Below are positions 57,089 through 64,000 of a stretch of DNA of 64,000 bases, piece by piece (position 1 is the stretch's first letter; each line of letters begins with the position of its first letter). A program made the position numbers and the translations under genes. Under the pieces are notes generated by a model. It searched no databases. It was not told the origin of the DNA and saw only the letters and a list, made by a program, of their open reading frames with translations. Source of the stretch: the human T2T-CHM13v2.0 reference genome, Homo sapiens; NCBI RefSeq assembly GCF_009914755.1, contig NC_060934.1; one strand, given 5' to 3'.

Positions 57089-59496
57089 CTAGAAATGAGA
57101 AAAATAACCACATCTTATGAACCTTAATACATTTCTGATGGAATCAGACTTTTACACAAATGCACTATCATACAGTCAATTCTTTTGTTTTAAATTCAGT
57201 TTCCTGGTGTGAACTGAGTTCAAGTGTACATTTTCTTTACCCTCCAAGGTTTAGGTGGAAAACATAAAACATGCTTCAGTGGAAACAGGGAGAAGAAATT
57301 GGCAATGATATTTAACACTTTATAAATATAACCTTCAAAACTGAAAAGAAAAGGTGAAATAAAATTCACAGCACAGGGAACCAGAGTGGCTGATTCAGAA
57401 ATAGAAAAACTCGGAGAAAATGGGGTGAACCCAACAGAGACAATGAACACTGAATAAAGTGATGGTGAAGATTAGCAGACAAGGGGTTTCAGAGGATGCA
57501 TTAGGTTTGGTGGAGACAAAACAGAGCTTGGTCCTAATCCCCTCACACACAGTTTACTGGGGTAGAATTCCCACCAGAGTACATGCTTCTTTCTATCTTT
57601 GAATCAGCAAGAAAATTAACATTCTGAAAACATCAACTTCCTTGGATTCAAAAGAACAGTCCTATATAGCCCAAGAGCCAGTGTTTTCTTTAAGTTTTAT
57701 TGAGAAGAAATAGTTTTTTTTAATGCTGTAGGAAAAGCATACTAGGGAAGGTGAAATAAACTCAAGACATGATAAACAGGAGATGGAGATATTCTGAGAG
57801 CTGTTCTTTCAAAGAGCAGGAAATGCACAGAGAATGAGTTCAAGGGAGTTGTTTTTTTAAAAAGGAAATAGAGTGAGTGGTAGTGAGAAACATAAGAATT
57901 AGGTTTGGCAGAGGTAAAGCATGGTTTACACCCTCATCTTCTCAACATCATGCAAATCTATTGAAAATATTTCTGTGCAGTTTGGCTAGAGATTAGACTC
58001 TCAGAAATTGCTCATCCCTAATAACATACCTTCCACTCAACTAGAAACATTTTATCCTTATCTCTCCTTAGATCCTGGATATCCCTCAGTGAACTGCTAC
58101 TTTAACTTAAAAACAAAAACTAATAATAGTAATAATAATAAAATAATGATAGCAAAAATCTCTATAACATCTCTACCATTTTAAGGCTCCACTTGCTCCA
58201 TCTTTTAGAAGTTACTGTTTATATAATTCATTGTAACATAAAATAAATCCCTTGCTCAATGCTATCGCCCCTATTGTGACCAGAGTCCAGAACTTGGCAG
58301 GTGTTACTATAATGTAACTGTACATTATTCTTATAAAGCAACGTGCACTGAATTATTTCCAACCTGCACCTGATCAGCTATAATACACGAAGACAAAATA
58401 TGGGAATATGTATTTAGGAAGAGTATCATAGAATACTTTCAGAATGTATGAAAATGAATGATCTCTCCTAAATCTGGCTACACAGATAATCAACAAAGTA
58501 ATTATCAAAATACCCAAATTAGTAAGAGAGGCCCTTCTCTTTTGGAGAACAAAAATCTCAATGCAAAAAGAAACCCTAAGCAACCCTAAGCCATATGAAC
58601 AGGTCTAAGTTTTTGGCATACAGCCACTGGTGAGTTAATGTCATAAAATCTGGGCTATTTAAGTTTCAGCAAAAAATCAAGTTCTAACTTAAAACAAGTG
58701 AAATAATAAGCCATTACTATTCAATTTCTAAACACTTTACAAACACAGTATGAATTACCTGAAAAAAGGCAAGGCAAACAAGAACGGAAGTTTTCCAGTA
58801 AATGAGAAAACATTTGCAAATAAAATTTAAGATATAGAATAGGACGGGATTTGACATAAATTTTAGGGAGCAGAAACAAAGAAATTTAAGACAGGTAGCA
58901 AGGGCTACACTATTATAGTCATTGAAAGGGAAATTTACTGAGCAGCTCCCTTGCTGCAATCTATTGAAAGTCAGCCCTTGACACAAAGGTTTAAAACTAA
59001 AAAAAGAAAAGAAAAGAAAGGGAAATTTAATTTATTAATAAGCAGCAACTTTAGGTTAGTTTGTTAAGCTAAAGGAAGATAAATTGAATAATTTAGGCTA
59101 AAAAAAAAGAGAAAAGAACCAACTAGGAATTAGAAATTAGACAACTAACAATTAGACTGAGTCAGGAATGAGAACACATAGTTTTGCTTTTGAGTTATAT
59201 CAGTGAAAAGTGAGAATATAAAGGTATGTAGAAGATAGCTTTAAATGAAAAATAACAATAGGAACAAAGAGACCGGTGGGAAATATTAACAGGTTTATTA
59301 GTACGGTGATGCCATGGTTGCCATTCAAGATAGCAGTAACATGGAAGAATGTACCTCATTTGACTACAGGAAACCAGGCTCTCTGGTTTTTGTGTAGCTC
59401 AGATTGTTATTCCTCAATATCCTCTAAGGGATGAATTTAATACTTACTAAAAGCATTATTGTCCCAAGACTACTCTCACCTACATACAATCACACT

Positions 59497-59768
59497 CTAG
59501 AAAAGGGGTTGGCATATAACTGCACGGCAATGGCCCTTGAGCTAAGTATGTTTTTTAAGTTTTTGAAGGGAAAAAGCTGGATGAGGCAGTACAGAAGAGG
59601 GAAGAGGAAAAGAGAGGAGAGAGAAAGAGCAAGAGGAGAACGAGAAGGAATAAGGAAAAGAAAGAAGATGAGGAGGAGCAGCTGCAACCACGACCATATG
59701 TGGACTGCCAAGCCTCAAACATTTACTATCTGGTCATTTACAAAAAAAGTCTGTTGACTTCTGCTCTT
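59497..59768 (+). mobile_element. MER58-like element with a purine-rich insert
   Basis: aggggttggca...atttactatctggtcatttacaaaaaaagtctgttgacttctg. Confidence 0.6.
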
Positions 59769-59769
59769 G

Positions 59770-60741
59770 AAGATCTCATTCTGCCTCATTCCTTTAACAT
59801 CATCTTAAGTTGATGCCTTTCAAATGGATACTTCTAGTTCTGACCTCAACCATGTACTTACACATATCCAATCTCTTAGTCAAAAACAGACTCGATTATA
59901 AGAGTTATCTCCAACTTCTGGTGTTCAAAATTAAATCTGTGATAACTCCCTTATATGTCTCCTCTCTAATTTTTCTCTGTCTCAGTAAATGATAACCTAA
60001 TCTATCTAGCTGCTTGAGACAAATTATTGGGATCACACTTGATTCTCCCTTCTCTCATACCCAATCTGAAAGCAAATGTTCTTGGCTCCATCTTCAAAAT
60101 ATTTGTACAAACCTACCACTTCTCAGTACCTCTGGCACTTCCAACAGTCTCAGCCACTATCCTCTCTCCTCTGAAGCACATAATGGTACCCTATCCCTAC
60201 TCATACCACCCACAACCACCCACCACAGTATATACACTGCATAGATGTCAGAGAGATCCTTTTAAACTGTAAATCAAATCTGATGACTTAAGCTGATTTA
60301 CATTTACTCAAAACAGTTTCTCATAGCACCAAAAGTAAAATTTATGTATCTACCATAGCTCATGTTTCTTCTCCTGACATTATCTCCTACCAGTCTCCAC
60401 CATGCCCGCTAGCTTCCAACCACAGTGATTTCCCTGACACTGTTCAAACATTCTAAGAACACACCTGTCTAAGAGGTTTGGTACCTGATGTTCTCTCTGC
60501 CTGGACTACACTGAATCCACATAGCTCACACTTTCATATTAAAGCCTCATCTCTAATGTGGGAACTCCTCAAAAAGGTTTTCTCTAACCTACTGCCAAAC
60601 AGACTATACCGTCATTCTTCGTCCTCCTTTCCTGTGTGAATTCTCTTCACAGCACTTACCATGACCCAACACAGTGTGTGTGTACCTATATACACACACA
60701 TATGCACATGGGTGTGTACATATATACAAACACACAGACAT

Positions 60742-60778
<37 letters not shown>

Positions 60779-60890
60779 TTTTTTTGTCCTTTATTTTAAT
60801 ACACACACTAAGATACCAGGGACATTATTCTGTTAATTACCTAAAACATAACAGACATAGTGAGTGCTCATCATATGTTGTTAAATGAAT
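59770..60890. mobile_element. L2 remnant containing a (CA)n microsatellite at ~60743-60776
   Basis: L2 3' motifs (ctccatcttcaaaat, agtgctca...tgttaaatgaat). Confidence 0.65.
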
Positions 60891-61057
60891 ATATAGAAGG
60901 ATTGCATGAATACCTGTCAGCTAACAAAAGGTGTCTAAGACAACGGAAGGAAGGCAAACAATTTTAAAAGATAAAGACAAACTAACCAAGAAAACATATC
61001 TAAAATGAAGCCAACTGGTTTGGATTATAGGTATAAGTAAAATACTTTAAAATGTAA

Positions 61058-61382
<325 letters not shown>

Positions 61383-61563
61383 AAGAAAAGCATTTATGAG
61401 TGAGAATAACATATGGAGGAGTGATTAAGGTAACAGGGATGTGGGCCAATTGTTTTTGATCATTTCCAAAGGTCTGGGGCTAAAAAGAGACATTTGTGAA
61501 AAATATTCCAAAGGTGACAAATCCTAAACCAATTACCTAAGTTCTAATTTCCTCTGGCTTTCA

Positions 61564-61779
<216 letters not shown>

Positions 61780-61922
61780 TCAAAGAATGTGCACAAATGA
61801 ACCAATCTCTGACAAGGCAAGAGCACCTTTATGGTGGCCAAATGGGATCAGTCATCTCAGAGCCTTCAATCTCAAGCTTTACATCAGAAAACTACAGGGC
61901 ATCAACTAGTAAATGCATGCTA

Positions 61923-62243
<321 letters not shown>

Positions 62244-62871
62244 CTACTAAGGGTCTGGAATTGTGCTAGCTGCTGCAAATCCTACTGGTGAAAACAGACA
62301 AACATGGTCCCTGTTCCTAGAGTGCTTATGACCTGAAAAGGAGATACACAGAATAACATTTATTAAGTTGCAAACTGCAGGAACTAGCAGTGTGTACCAA
62401 GGAGATTGAAGTTACAGAGGAAATATTAGTTGTTTCATATTACCTTTTACATTATCAAGTTAACTGTCATCAAGGAAGTAAAACTTTGTTATTAAAATAA
62501 TGGGATTGAAATGAATATGACCAAGCTCAGCACATATTGATTCAAGTGACTGCCCCGCAGTCTACATGCCCATCAGAGAAAAGGATGAATCCTCTCCGCT
62601 CAATGAGATCATCTTCTGGAGCTTCCACCAATGTTTCCAATGTTTCTTTTTTAAATACAATATTTGGTATCTAGTAAAAAAATTCATGGTATGTGAAGAG
62701 ATAGGGACAATGAAAAAAAAGAAAAAAAAAGCAAACTCACAGGTGACCGTGATAGTAGAATTAACAAACAAGAACTTCAAAATGAATTATAATTAATATG
62801 TTCAACAAAACAGAAGAAAATATTAACAAAATAAATGAGAAAATGAGGGAAGTTCAACACATACATGGTAT

Positions 62872-63465
62872 GTGTGCTATACAGAAAAAGGTTAATACAG
62901 CAAGCCTGAGACTACTAACCTTTGAAAGGTCTGCTACAAAAGATCACCGTTGATGGGCATTTGGGAACTTGGATTTCAGAAAGGTTCTGACCTTAACCTT
63001 CTCTGATAAGAACGGCTCACTAAGCCTGAGCTATAACCATAAGTAATATGGTTTATACTCAGTATGTGCATTGCTCCTGGGAGTCTAGAATTTTGGTACA
63101 TGATAGGCAGGAAGTACCTGTGACTAGCCTCTAATAAAAATTCTGGACACCAAATGTCTAGTGAGTTTCCTTGGTACACATTTTACGTGCGTTGTCACAT
63201 GTCATTGCTAGAGGAGTTAAGTGTGTTCTGTGAGACTCCATTGGGAGAAACCTCTAGGAATTTCGCTGATTTTGCTTTGTATCCTTTCACTACAATAAAT
63301 CATAGCCATAAGTATGACTATGGGTCTACAAGAAACAATACATCAGTAACAACTGACACACCTAGCACCCTAATTTTTGTTTCTAACGCCATGCTCCAAT
63401 ATATGCTGAGTCATCCTAGGACATCATTAATAACCTGGGGGTGGTCTCAAGACACCTCTTATACA
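62872..63465 (+). mobile_element. MER21-like LTR
   Basis: aaaggttaatacagcaagcctgagact...aacctgggggtggtctc. Confidence 0.6.
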
Positions 63466-63589
63466 TGTATACACAAACACACACACACACACACACATGC
63501 ACACACACATACATAAAATGGACATTCTAGATCTGAAAAGTACAATATCTGAAATTAAGAGCTTATTGGATGGGTTCAAAATCATATTA

Positions 63590-64000
63590 AAGAAGACATA
63601 ATCTGAAACATTTATGCATTTAACGAAAGACTATCAAAATACATAAGGCAAAAACTGAGAGGAGTAAAAGGAGAACTTGGAAATATACACCATAATTGGA
63701 GACTTAACACCCCTGTAAGTACTGATGGATCAAGCAGGCAGAAAATCAGTAGGTACATATATGACCCAAAATAGCACTATCAACCAACCTGATCTAAGTG
63801 ACATTTATACAATACTTCATCCCAAACAATAAAATACACATTCTATCCTTCTGTTCGTGTTCACATGTAACATTCACCAACACAGAACATATTTTGGGCC
63901 ATAAAACACACCTTAACGAACTTAATGCAATAGCTATCATAAAAAACACATGTTCTCAGACTACAATGGAATTAAATAGAAACCAATAAGCAAGACGGCT
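63590..64000 (+). mobile_element. L1M ORF2 endonuclease-region fragment
   Basis: ataattggagacttaacaccc...gaacatattttgggccataaaacac (DHILGHK-like). Confidence 0.7.

Noticed and set aside
60612-60888. His/Thr and Val/Cys repeat ORFs
   Set aside because: Translations of a (CA)n microsatellite

Overview
Human-type (primate), repeat-rich genomic DNA from a KRAB zinc-finger cluster, most likely 10p11.2. The main gene is the 3' half of ZNF248 on the minus strand: KRAB-A exon 61955-62081, KRAB-B exon 61587-61682, finger exon 55587-57088 and a ~2.6-kb 3'UTR. Downstream on the same strand lie a complete TLK2 processed pseudogene with target-site duplications (TSDs) at 41309-44992 and a decayed, unprocessed KRAB-ZNF paralog (finger exon ~18050-19912, KRAB-B remnant ~22915-23006). 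The window also holds an orphan CpG island at ~4540-4990, a young L1PA2 with a twin-priming inversion beside it, a near full-length Tigger2, ERVL/MaLR/ERV1 remnants, old L1M/L2/MIR and ~29 Alus. I see no convincing new biological system. The most interesting observations are fossil events: a 137-nt poison-type cassette exon captured in the TLK2 retrocopy, two apparent long-range templated insertions inside old LINEs, a tail-only retrotransposition scar, and exon-like relics with intact splice sites in the dead ZNF paralog. Repeat subfamily and gene names come from remembered consensus sequences, not from a database search.
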